Positions 1 through 9,600 of a stretch of DNA of 16,777 nt are shown piece after piece (within the stretch, counting starts at the first letter, position 1; each line of letters begins with the position of its first letter). The DNA is taken from contig JANMKN010000309.1 in assembly GCA_031372065.1 (NCBI GenBank), positions 1 to 16,777 of the forward strand, written 5' to 3'. Source of the DNA: Abditibacteriaceae bacterium. Lineage in GTDB: Bacteria > Armatimonadota > Abditibacteriia > Abditibacteriales > Abditibacteriaceae. The position numbers were made by a program, and so were the translations under genes. The notes beneath the pieces were generated by a model. The model ran no database searches. It worked only from the letters and a program-made list of their open reading frames with translations, and was not told the DNA's origin.

Positions 1-1
1 G

Positions 2-91
2 GTAGGGAACGAGTTGCTTGATTTCGCGCAGGTCATCATCAAGAGAAAGATTGTCTTTGCGTGGCGCTAAAGAATCATCTGTATTGTTCAT
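2..91 (-). CDS. 5' part of a CDS truncated by the window edge (MNNTDDSLAPRKDNLSLDDDLREIKQLVPY...), product unknown
   Basis: ATG at 91-89 on the minus strand followed by 30 open codons to the window edge. AT-rich upstream region with TAAAAT 8 nt before the ATG. Lies just downstream of the terminator-like hairpin of the preceding minus-strand gene. Confidence 0.5.
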   Translation of the reverse strand, partial: MNNTDDSLAPRKDNLSLDDDLREIKQLVPY

Positions 92-126
92 AAAGTTTTA
101 TTTTACATTCCTAATGCAACCGAACA

Positions 127-168
127 CGACAAAGCGGCGCGTTCTGTGCAGAACGCGCCGCTTTGTCG
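127..168 (-). terminator. Intrinsic terminator-like hairpin downstream of the surface-protein gene
   Basis: Perfect inverted repeat CGACAAAGCGGCGCGTTCTG (127-146) / CAGAACGCGCCGCTTTGTCG (149-168), 12 bp after the stop codon at 181-183. The U-tract on the minus strand is weak. Confidence 0.7.
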
Positions 169-180
169 CTGTAGTTTTGA

Positions 181-3036
181 TTATCCGGAAGCGTCGTCGT
201 TGACAATCGTTCCGGTGCCGCGTGCGCGTCCCACCGAAGCGTTGACCGCGTTAGTCAGCAACACATAAAGCGTTTCATTGCCTTCGGCAATGGCGTCACC
301 ACGCACCACGATATTGACAGTGCGGGTGAGGGCACTGCCCGGCGCAAAGCTCACAGTGCCACTTTGTGCCACATAGTCGCTGGTCGAACGGGCGATGCCA
401 TCGGCGGTGGCGTAATTGACAGTTACTGTCTGGCCGCTGGCTTTGGACAAAGTAACTGTGAAAGTCAAATTCTTCGTGCCGGGTGCCCCGTTAGAGGGCG
501 GATTGCCTTCCGTGATGCTGGCATCGTTAATGGTTAGCGCGGGAGCCGAATCGTCATTGAGGATGGTGCCAATCGCCTGATTGTCGGCCACATTTGCGCC
601 ATTGGAACCCGTCAAATTCACCGCGAAAGTTTCATTAGCTTCGTTCAATTCGTCGCCATTGACCAGAACGCGTATGTAAGCCACAGTGCTACCCACGGAA
701 AACGCCACCGTGGCGGGAGCGGTTGCGTTGCCAATCGCTGTGTAGTCGGCAGGCGCTGTTGCGGCGCCGTTTTGCGTGTAGTAGCTCACTTCCACCAAGC
801 GTCCGCTGGCCGCCGATAAGTTCAAGCGAAGCACGGCGTAACGCTGACCGCTGTTGCCTTCAGGAAGGCTAACGTTATCAATGGTCACGTTAGGCGCGGC
901 GTCATCGTCGCTGATAGTCGCCACGCCACGCGCCTTAAACAACGAAGCGTTGGTGGGCAAGGAGAGGAAAACGAAAAACGTTTCATCATTTTCGTCCAAA
1001 CTATCGCCAACAACTGCAACAGAAATTGTCTTGCTGGTTTGTCCCGGTGTGAAAGTTAAGGTTGACGAGGTTGAGGTGTAATCGGTGGGAGCTTTGGCCG
1101 TGCCATTGACGCTGTTAAAGCCGACTGTTACGGTTTGTGTTGAGGCAGCGGACAGCGTAACCGTAAAGGTCGCGGTGCTGTTGGCGCCACTGCCTTCGGC
1201 CACAGTAACATCGTTGATATTGAGTTTTGGCAACGCGGCGGGACGCTGCTCAAAAGCGCCGATGTCGCTGCCATCGCCGCCGGACGCGTTGGCAATGGCC
1301 GGATCATCGTAAGGGCGCGTTATGCCGCGTTGGTCGGTTGTCAATCCCAGCGCTTTGCCTTTATCCAGAGCCGGACTGCCATCCAACAAGGCGTGTGTTT
1401 GCGTCGGGCCTGCGTTATTTTGCAAAGGGCCGAGTTTGGCATCAAGTATAGGCAAAGCGCCGCCGCCAATTTGGTTGCCGTTGGTGCCGTTGGTAATGCC
1501 AGTCAGTTCACTGCCGTCGCCGATGAGGTTATATTGGCTGGCGGCGTTGACGGCACCACGCACATCCGCCACGGAAACGGCGGTTTGAGTGGCACCATTG
1601 TTCGACACGATGGTGTTATTCAAGATCAAATTGCCGCCTGAAACCAAAATTCCAGTGCCATCTGCGGCGTCGTTTAAGGCAACCGTAACGCCCGTGAGAG
1701 TCGCCGCACCGCTGCCTCCGCCTTCCATAAAGATGCCGCCTCCCAAACTGACAGAAGGAGTCGCGCCGCTACTGTTGCCTCCGGTGGCGGTGTTGCCACT
1801 GAGGGTGCAGTTTTTCATGTTCAAGACCGCTGTCGAGGAGTTGCTATTGTAAATGCCACCACCTAAACCGGCGCCACCTTGTGCAGTGCTGCTATCGCCG
1901 CCGCGCGCCAAGTTCGCACTGATAGTGCAGCCTGTAATCGTTGTGCTACCACTGTTATACAGACCTGCACCTACGCCGGGGCCGCCGACTGCTGTGCCGC
2001 TCCCAAAAGAGGCGCCTCCAAAAGCAAATCCGTTCATGATGGTGCTGTTGGTCAAGGTCAGAGTGCCACTGTTGCGCACGCCGCCACCTTGACCGACGCC
2101 ATCGTTTAGGCTATTGGCGTTGCCGCTGTTGATTTTACAGCCTACGCCAGTCAGCGTGCCGCTATTGTAGATATTGCCACCTTGCGCGTCGCCAGCCCTG
2201 TGGTTGGCGGTGTTGTTTTGAAATGAACAATCCAACAACGAAAGTGTGCCGCTATTGCGTATCGCTCCGCCTTGCCCGCCGCCGGGAGTATTACCGTTGC
2301 CGCCTGTAGCTAATGAGGTGAGGAAGTTGCAGTCGCTTACCTGTGCGGTGGCACTGCTGCTGTTGTAGAGCGCGCCGCCTTGACCGGCACCACCTTGTCC
2401 TGTGCCCGCACCATTGCCCGCTAAGGCCGAGTTCGTATCAAAAATGCTGGTGATAACGGTCAACGTGCCACTGTTGTAAAGCGCGCCACCCTGCGCATCG
2501 CCCCCGCGCCCGTTCGCGCCGCCGCTGACCGTTCCGGCACCACCAACGACCTGATTATTGATAAAAGTGCAGAAGAGGACGGTGAGATCGCCATCGTTGC
2601 GGATAGCGCCCCCCAAAGCCGAGGTGCCCGCCGTCGCGGATAGCAATCCGTTCTTAAATGTGAGGTCGGAAACCGTAACGGTATTGCCGCTATTCACCAG
2701 CAAGATGCGGAAATTAGCAGTGCCCGCAGCAGTGCTGCGTTGCACTGTGATGGCCTCGGAACCGTTGCTCTGGTTGAGAATGGCAATGTTGCTATCCACG
2801 TTGGGCAACGAGTCCAATAGCGAGATGACGTGTGGCCCGGCGCCGGGCAAGTTGAAGTCAATCGCATCATTGCCGGGCGCATTATTGGCATCAATGATGG
2901 CTTGCCTTAATGAACCGGCTCCGGCATCGGCGGTAGTGGTTACGGTCAGCGTGGCGGCTCGGCCTTGAACACCTAAAGCCAATAACCCACCAAACAGCAA
3001 TAAGGCATTGGCCCAATGGGGCGCACATCGTTTCAT
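181..3036 (-). CDS. Secreted surface/adhesin-like protein: signal peptide, GSLRQAI motif, Pmp-like right-handed beta-helix repeats, choice-of-anchor Q domain, three Calx-beta domains
   Basis: 951-aa ORF with GGAAGAGG RBS and a hydrophobic N-terminus. Contains TVTTTADAGAGSLRQAIIDAN; repeated GG(A/G)(I/L)(Y/R)NSG.L.......F..N; LGPLQNNAGPTQTHALLDGSPALDKG...TDQRG...DIGAFE (choice-of-anchor Q signature); and three (I)ND..(V/I).EG......FTVTLS..S.QTVTV....G.A....DY units (Calx-beta, about nt 181-1230). Confidence 0.85.
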   Translation of the reverse strand: MKRCAPHWANALLLFGGLLALGVQGRAATLTVTTTADAGAGSLRQAIIDANNAPGNDAIDFNLPGAGPHVISLLDSLPNVDSNIAILNQSNGSEAITVQRSTAAGTANFRILLVNSGNTVTVSDLTFKNGLLSATAGTSALGGAIRNDGDLTVLFCTFINNQVVGGAGTVSGGANGRGGDAQGGALYNSGTLTVITSIFDTNSALAGNGAGTGQGGAGQGGALYNSSSATAQVSDCNFLTSLATGGNGNTPGGGQGGAIRNSGTLSLLDCSFQNNTANHRAGDAQGGNIYNSGTLTGVGCKINSGNANSLNDGVGQGGGVRNSGTLTLTNSTIMNGFAFGGASFGSGTAVGGPGVGAGLYNSGSTTITGCTISANLARGGDSSTAQGGAGLGGGIYNSNSSTAVLNMKNCTLSGNTATGGNSSGATPSVSLGGGIFMEGGGSGAATLTGVTVALNDAADGTGILVSGGNLILNNTIVSNNGATQTAVSVADVRGAVNAASQYNLIGDGSELTGITNGTNGNQIGGGALPILDAKLGPLQNNAGPTQTHALLDGSPALDKGKALGLTTDQRGITRPYDDPAIANASGGDGSDIGAFEQRPAALPKLNINDVTVAEGSGANSTATFTVTLSAASTQTVTVGFNSVNGTAKAPTDYTSTSSTLTFTPGQTSKTISVAVVGDSLDENDETFFVFLSLPTNASLFKARGVATISDDDAAPNVTIDNVSLPEGNSGQRYAVLRLNLSAASGRLVEVSYYTQNGAATAPADYTAIGNATAPATVAFSVGSTVAYIRVLVNGDELNEANETFAVNLTGSNGANVADNQAIGTILNDDSAPALTINDASITEGNPPSNGAPGTKNLTFTVTLSKASGQTVTVNYATADGIARSTSDYVAQSGTVSFAPGSALTRTVNIVVRGDAIAEGNETLYVLLTNAVNASVGRARGTGTIVNDDASG

Positions 3037-3065
3037 AAAGCCCTCTTCCAGTCGAAATTAGGCAG

Positions 3066-3089
3066 AGTATAGCAGTATCAGTTGATACT
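3066..3089 (-). promoter_or_regulatory. Extended -10 promoter (TGCTATACT) of the surface-protein gene with an adjacent palindromic operator-like site
   Basis: The minus strand reads TGcTATACT at 3074-3066, about 30 bp upstream of the ATG. The palindrome AGTATCA-GT-TGATACT occupies 3074-3089. Confidence 0.5.
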
Positions 3090-3167
3090 ACTAATCAATG
3101 GTGCTAGTTGAAGAAGAGTCATAGGTCGGCTAAATCTAAAAGTATCCCACCTTTAGGAGTCGAACCA

Positions 3168-3976
3168 ATGACTCTCCCAACAGCAGATTTTATCATGGCG
3201 TTGTTTTGTCGTGTGGATGCTATCCTCAAAGACGTGTCACGCCATCCGCACGCTCAATTATATCCCAGCGAAGTTGTCACTTTAGGATTGCTCTTTGCCC
3301 TCAAGGGCAGTGGCAATCGGGCCTTTTATCGCTGGCTACAACGGGATTATCTTGCGCTGTTTCCCCAGTTGCCCGAACGCACTCGCTTGTTTCGACTGTT
3401 TAAGAAACATCAAGCTTTGTTGGATCGCTTTTTAGCAGCCCCGACGGTCATGGGCGTGTGTGACAGTTACGGCATAGAACTGATTCATCCGATGCGCGAA
3501 GGACGCAGCACACGGCAGATTGGTAAAAACGGCAGATTGGTAAAAACGGTAAAAGCAACCATCGCTGGATCGTTGGCGGCAAACTGTGTTACCTGCTCAA
3601 TCAATGGGGACTGATTGTGGATTGGGAGTGCAATACGGCCAATGTTTCTGATCAGGTTTTTGCGCCGATGATCGAGAGCTATAATGAGAAAATGATTGTG
3701 TTTACCGACACTGGCTTTCATTCGAAAGACGGTGATCCGGCCAACATGAAAGTGTGTCCTCGTGGCACATGGAACGAACGAATGATCGTGGAGCAAGTGT
3801 TGTCTATGCTGACGCGTGTTTGTCATTTCAAGCGTGTTGGTCATCGGATGTGGGAGTATTTTCAGATGCGCTTGGCTTTCACGATGGCGTTATTCAACAT
3901 TTTGGTGTTGTGGGATGGCTTACAGGTGGATGAAGATGGTTTAATACGCCTCTCCATTGCCCGTTTCAGTCTTTAA
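3168..3976 (+). pseudogene. IS982-like DDE transposase, frameshifted by a 17-bp tandem duplication
   Basis: ATG at 3168 with AGGAG RBS. Motifs FPQLPERTRLFR, VCDSYGI, TANVSD, FTDTGF and RMIVEQVLS match the IS982 (DDE_Tnp_1-type) pattern. Removing one copy of ACGGCAGATTGGTAAAA joins the two ORFs into one 263-aa frame (...RQIGKNGKSNHRWIVGGKLCYLLNQWGLIVDWECNTAN...). Confidence 0.85.
3512..3549 (+). repeat. Exact 17-bp tandem duplication ACGGCAGATTGGTAAAA x2 (+ACGG)
   Basis: Copies at 3512-3528 and 3529-3545, followed by ACGG at 3546-3549. Confidence 0.95.
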
Positions 3977-4054
3977 ACACTAGCACCATTGATTACTAAA
4001 GGCAATTTCGAGAACTGTCAGCGTTGTTTGTCTCGTTCTCCGTCGGCGTGAGTT

Positions 4055-5413
4055 CTAACGCTCGCGCAAGGTGACGTCCAAGCCATGTTTCAAGCGCAGC
4101 GACGGATAGAGCGCCGGTTCGACGGGATGGCCCGGCACGACATCAACATGAAATTGCTGCATTGTCATGGCGACGATGAGTTGCGTTTCGAGCATGGCAA
4201 AAGCGGCGCCCAAGCACATTCGTTGCCCTCCGCCAAAAGGGAAATAGGCAAAACGAGGTCGCCCTGTAGATCGCTCTGCATTGAAACGTTCGGGGTCGAA
4301 TTGATCGGGATTATCCCAGAATTCTGGGTGACGATGCGTGACGTAGGGAAAGATCACCAAAATCGCTTTGGCGGGCAATTCATAGCCGCGAATGGCCGTC
4401 GGCTCAGTCAATTGCCGCGAAATCCCCCACACCGGCGGATAAAGGCGCATTCCTTCCTGCACCGTCATTTTCAAAAACGGCATGGCGGGCAAATCGGCCA
4501 TCGTTGGTTGACGGCCATTTAAAGCGCCGTCAATTTCCTCGCGCAATTGCTGCGCGCACTGCGGGTTTTGAGAGAGCAAATGCCAAGTCCACGTTAAGCC
4601 CACAGCAGCGGTTTCGTGGCCCGCGACAATCATTGTCACGATCTCATCGCGCACCAGCGCATCGCTTAGTGGCTCGCCGGTTTCTTCATCCTGCGCCAAG
4701 AGCAGCAAATCCAAAACATCATCGAACGTTTCTCCGTTGCGATGATGCACGCGACGCGCGGCAATAATGCGGTCAATCAGACCATGTAAGTTGGCTAAAG
4801 CGGCCTCGAATTGTTTGCGCCCGCGCCATGCTTCCATGCTGACAGCGCGCAAATGCACCCAATGCAAAATCGTATGCAAAGCCTCGCCCATCGGCGCGGC
4901 ATAATCGCGCATATCGCTGCCGAACATGGTGCTGCCCACGTTCATCAAAGCAAGGCGCATCATTTCTTCGGCCATATCAAAGGCCTCGCCACTGCGCGCT
5001 TTCAGACGCCATTCTTCGAGTGTTGAATTGATAACGCCCACCATCGTTTGCGCGTAATTTTCGTGATAGCACTTGTTAAAAGCGGGCAGCATAATACGCC
5101 TTTGGCGACGATGCAGACCGGCTTCACTGACTAAAAGTCCATCGCCTAAAACCATACGCACGCGATTCCAGCCGATGCCTTTATAATAAACATCCGTCGA
5201 GCCGAGCATGACTTGTTCTATGTCTTCAGGATGCGCCACGAAATACCACTCGAACTTTTTAAAAGCCTCGTAACGTGTCAACTCGCCGAACTGCGCGTGC
5301 ATATTGCGGTAAAAATTTAGCGTGTCGGGACGCGCGTTCAACACGCCGAAAAATGGCAACCCTTTGGGGCCGGGAATAGTGTGGTAATCTTGGGTGGCTC
5401 GTTGCTGGATCAT
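4055..5413 (-). CDS. Cytochrome P450
   Basis: 452 aa with the I-helix AGHET, K-helix EGMR (ExxR), FDPERF and the heme-binding FPFGGGQRMCLG. N-terminal IPGPKGLP and GDGLLVSE are also present. Confidence 0.95.
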   Translation of the reverse strand: MIQQRATQDYHTIPGPKGLPFFGVLNARPDTLNFYRNMHAQFGELTRYEAFKKFEWYFVAHPEDIEQVMLGSTDVYYKGIGWNRVRMVLGDGLLVSEAGLHRRQRRIMLPAFNKCYHENYAQTMVGVINSTLEEWRLKARSGEAFDMAEEMMRLALMNVGSTMFGSDMRDYAAPMGEALHTILHWVHLRAVSMEAWRGRKQFEAALANLHGLIDRIIAARRVHHRNGETFDDVLDLLLLAQDEETGEPLSDALVRDEIVTMIVAGHETAAVGLTWTWHLLSQNPQCAQQLREEIDGALNGRQPTMADLPAMPFLKMTVQEGMRLYPPVWGISRQLTEPTAIRGYELPAKAILVIFPYVTHRHPEFWDNPDQFDPERFNAERSTGRPRFAYFPFGGGQRMCLGAAFAMLETQLIVAMTMQQFHVDVVPGHPVEPALYPSLRLKHGLDVTLRER

Positions 5414-5484
5414 GCGAATGACTTTGGCTTAGTATTTCGCAAAGTGGCGCCACTGGCACAAGGGCACATTGGGAAAAGGTCACA

Positions 5485-6552
5485 TTAAAACGGCAGCAAG
5501 CGCCGCAAGCCGTGGGCGAAAACGACTACTAAAAACCATACATTGCGCGCCAAAACGCCGGGCCAAAAAGTGGGCAGCGGTTTTCGCTTTTGTTTTGTAG
5601 AAACAACTTCGTGTAGCTTTGACACTAATTTCTCTATCCATTTTAGGCCGCGCGGCCATTCACGCAAGCCATTGACCCATTCCGGTGGAATTTTGCCGCT
5701 ACGCGCGCCGATTAAGCCGCCGACAATGGCTGCCGTCGAATCGGTATCGCCGCCGCAATGAATGATTTCTAAAACGCCTGCCCGATAGTTATCCGCATGG
5801 CGCAGACACGCACAAAGCGCCGCCGGAACGGTGTGATAAATATAGCCACTGGCGCCGCGCTGCCAACCTTGTGATTTGCAAAACTCGGCTGTTGTATTGC
5901 CCTTATTCACCGCTGCGCTGCAACTTTGCAGCAGCGTTTTTAATTCGCGCGCCGCCTCATCCTCAAACGGGAAATTATCTATAAAAAACGCGAAAAATTC
6001 GTTTGCAGATAAGGTTTGGTGCGACAAAGAAAATCGCGCTGCCAGAGCGATGGCTAAAGCGCCATATTCGGCTTTGGGGTCAGTATGCGTTATCTGCGCG
6101 CTGGCGCGATTTAAGGCCATCAAATGCTCGTTGGATAGGTTCATTTCATGCGCGAAGACGCCCAAAATCGCGGCGCGCATCGCTGGCCCATTACCCGCTG
6201 AAAAAACGCCGCTGTGTTGCGGCGAAACGCCAAAAAGTAATTTTCCGCAAGCGCGTAAAGTCGCCAAGCCCACGCCACCTGGCAGCATACAAATCCAGCC
6301 GCGCAACTGTTGTGCTAACGAAGTGCGAAACGCTTCCACATCGCCACCGGATGCAATCAGCGCCTGAGCCACCATCAAAGTGTGTTCGGTGTCGTCCGAA
6401 TACATTCCGCGCCCAAAAAGCAAGCGATGCCCGCTAATTTCGCCAAAATAACGGCGCCGTTTGGCGGCGGACAAACCTTCACAGGGCAAACCAAGCGCAT
6501 CGCCAATCGCCGTGCCGATGACACAACCAGAAATCGCGTCGCGTGAGTTCAT
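5485..6552 (-). CDS. ADP-ribosylglycohydrolase (DraG/ARH family) protein
   Basis: Motifs G.AIGDALG.P.E, YSDDTE, AGNGPAMR, THTDP and GGDTDSTAAIVGGL.GA. The start is probably ATG 6552 (MNSRDAISG); the ORF can extend to 6597. Confidence 0.9.
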   Translation of the reverse strand: MNSRDAISGCVIGTAIGDALGLPCEGLSAAKRRRYFGEISGHRLLFGRGMYSDDTEHTLMVAQALIASGGDVEAFRTSLAQQLRGWICMLPGGVGLATLRACGKLLFGVSPQHSGVFSAGNGPAMRAAILGVFAHEMNLSNEHLMALNRASAQITHTDPKAEYGALAIALAARFSLSHQTLSANEFFAFFIDNFPFEDEAARELKTLLQSCSAAVNKGNTTAEFCKSQGWQRGASGYIYHTVPAALCACLRHADNYRAGVLEIIHCGGDTDSTAAIVGGLIGARSGKIPPEWVNGLREWPRGLKWIEKLVSKLHEVVSTKQKRKPLPTFWPGVLARNVWFLVVVFAHGLRRLLPF

Positions 6553-6621
6553 ATCAAGACGTTGGAGATTATTTTCATCGCGTCCGTTCGCTGCCATCGA
6601 AAGCGCTCACTGCGCCCTTTT

Positions 6622-9600
6622 TTACGAACCTATATTCACCAGATAGCGGTCAATGGCCTGCACATCATCAATGGTTAATGGTAATTGTCTCCAGCGGTCA
6701 CGCATCCGGTTGGCTTCCAAATCGCTGCCGGGTTTGCCAGCATTGCGCAAGCGAAATTCGGCGTCGCGAAAAGCGGCGGCGCGTTCGAGAACCGCATGGC
6801 CCGGCCCGGCTAAGGCGTTGTAAATTTCCATAGCTTTCGCGATGTCGCCAGCGGAAACCCACGCGCGCGCGGCCAAAAACGCGGCGGCGTTGACTTGAAG
6901 GGTGCTGCCGTTGGGCGAAGCCATGGCGCCGTTGCGCGCTTGCATCAGCAATTGCGCGCCTTTGGCTGGTTGGCCCAATTGAGAACTGAGAGCGGCGGCT
7001 TGTTTAAGTGTGTCGAAACTCGGTGGCAGCGTGCGCAGCAGGGCATCGCGCGCTTGCAGTGCGGCCTCGTTTTGACGCGCGGCGATTAAAGCTTTGATGT
7101 AGGCGAGGCGCAGATTCAAATCCTGCGGCTCGTTTTTGACGGCGCCTTCTAAATATTGAATCGCTTCGTCAAATTTGGTGGCGTTAGCCGCTTTTTCGCC
7201 TAAAATTGCAGCGGCACGCGTCGCCAAAATCGCGTCAGGGTTTTTGGTGAGCGGAATCAAATCGGCGAAGGAATTGTTCCATTCGCGAGCGGCGGCGCGC
7301 GATTGGGCATCGGATAATTCCAACGTCTTGGCATTGCTGGCGGCATCAGCATCGGCTTGCGCTTTGGCGACTGCCGAAATTTTTTCCAGCAATTGCACGC
7401 GCACCGTTTTGGCATAAGGGTCGGCGTCCGCCATTAAAATATTGGCAATCTGGGTGGGAAAAGTGGGATGGCGAGCCAGCGTTGCCAGCAGGCTGTCCAT
7501 CATTTGCTGAGAATCGGAGAACGGCCACGGATCGTGTGCCAAGCGCACCAAAAAGCCCGGCAGGGCCGCCGGTTTTTGGCGCAACAAAAGATTCATCAAA
7601 TTGATGGCAATGCCAGTGGCTTCGCTGATGTTGCGCGCACTTTGCAAAGCCGTTTCAAATTGCGCGATAGATTCATCGGTGCGCCCGGTTTGGCGAATGG
7701 TATTGGCTAAAATCTGCCGCGCTGGAAACGTGGTGTTATGCCTGTCACCGCCGTCGCTTTTGGGGTCGCCGGCCAATAATGTCGCTTGCAAAATTTGAAT
7801 TGGCCCTTCTTGGGCGGCGGCGATTTTGGAGAGCATCATTTGTTGTAAAGCAACGGCAATGTCCACATCAGCATCGCCCGGAAACAAGGCCTGCAATTTA
7901 TCCAGTTCTTTGCTGGCCCGGTCACGGGCATCTTTGGCGGCTTTGGAATCAATGGGCGCTTTTTGCGTGAGCGCATATTGCTGTGTGATGATTAAGGTGC
8001 GCTGAATTTGATAGTAAGGCTGATCTGGTTCGGCAGCGATAGCAGCGTCAGCAGCGGTTAAGGCCTCTTTCAAAACTCTTTGTTGAAGTTCGCGTTTTTT
8101 CGGGCCGGACTCCACTTCGGACATTTGCGCCATTTTGTTTTCGGCCTGCTGCGAATTCCACCACGCGCTGTTGCCATGCCGCGCCAAACCCTGCGTCAAA
8201 GCGGTATCGGCATCTGCTGTCGCACCGAAGTTTTGCTCGTAAGCGAGTAGCAAGCGGCGATCATCGGATGTGGCGGCGCCCGCATAAGCGCGCTGTTTGA
8301 CAACTGTTTTGAGCAGTTCCTGCGTGCCACTTTTGCCCCAATCTCCAAGAAATTCGTCTTCTAAGTCCACGCGTTCTTGTTCGCCTTTGCACCATGCCAG
8401 CAAGGCATTAAATTGTTCCAGCGATTCTTGAACTTGCCCGCGCCGCGCAAAAAGTGCCATCAAACGCCGCCGCGCATTCAAAGCAGTAGCTTGCGGCGCG
8501 CTGCCAACCAGCTTTTGCCAGAGGGCAAGAGCCGCGTCATCGCGCCCGGCCACTTCCTCTGCCAAACCCAAGGAAACCAACGCGGGTGCGGGCCAATCGG
8601 GCACCAGAAACGGCGTTTTGTCGTTATCGGCAGGATTTTGCAATTCGAGCAGCACCTTGCCGAGCCTTTGGCCGACGGTTTCATGCGGCATATTTTTGGC
8701 GACTTGCGCAACTTGGTCGGAGGCCACTAAGGGAGCCAGCGCTTGCGCGGCGTTGATTGTCGAAACAGTCACTTCGGGGCGCGCTAAAATTTCGAGCAGC
8801 AGATTTTGTGCACCCGCAAACTCGCCACGCAAGCGCAACGCGGTGGCGCGCGATAATTTCACGGCTTGATTATCGGGCTGCAATTTTTGCGCGTCGTCGT
8901 AGAATTTTTGCGCGCCGTCCCACTCGCGTCGCAGCGTTGCTAAATTCGCATTGCGCACTGCCAAATCGAATGGATCGTATTGAAATTTGGCGAGGATATT
9001 CAGCATCATTTGCGCGCGATTCAAATCGCGCGCAGCGACAGAGGCATCGAAAGTCGCCAGCGGGATCGCTACCGCGCGCGGCGACTGAGTCAGTGCTTTT
9101 TCCCACGCCGCAAAAGCCGCCGGAAAATCGTCGGCGTGACTGGCAAGCGCTACGCCGCGATTGAAATTCGAGGCTGCATCGTTGCCATTGTATTCGGTGA
9201 TGGGGCGCAACTCGGAATCTTCGATGACTTGATTTTCCGGCGCGGGCAGCGCAAAAGTGCCATCGGCAAAGGCCTCGGCGCGCGGTTTTAAATTATAAGA
9301 AAAGGTGCCGATTACGGCTTTGTTGGCATCGCGCACTTCGGCAGTTTTCGGTAGGCCGTTGGCATCGAAGGTCAGCGTCGTTTCAGTGATAAGACGCCCT
9401 GTTTCATCGTTTTCGCGCCGCGTCGCAGGAAATTTTGTCGTCGCATCGAAAACGAAGGTTAGCTGGGCGGCGCGGTCAAAAACCGGGCGCTTATGCACAA
9501 CGTAAAACATATCGTCGCCGATGCCGCCGGTGCGCACCCAATCGCGCACAGAGTAGCGCCCGACATTTTTGAGCGCTTGAAAAACTTTAGTGTTAGCGGG

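Larger units (their letters stand above)
3094..3993 (+). mobile_element. IS982-like insertion sequence, 900 bp
   Basis: Perfect 15-bp TIRs ATCAATGGTGCTAGT (3094-3108) / ACTAGCACCATTGAT (3979-3993), flanked by the direct repeat TACTA (3089-3093, 3994-3998). Encodes a DDE transposase and looks more AT-rich than its neighbours by eye. Confidence 0.88.

Noticed and set aside
854..2968. Series of plus-strand ORFs overlapping the surface-protein gene
   Set aside because: These are Pro/Val/Leu-rich antisense shadows of the Gly/Thr/Asn-rich real gene.
3093..3098. IS-supplied outward -35 (TTGATT) forming a hybrid promoter
   Set aside because: The spacing to the TATACT -10 would be 21 bp, too long for sigma70.
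3108..3976. Two separate genes, or a programmed ribosomal frameshift in the IS
   Set aside because: The split is fully explained by the exact 17-bp duplication; removing it gives one continuous transposase.
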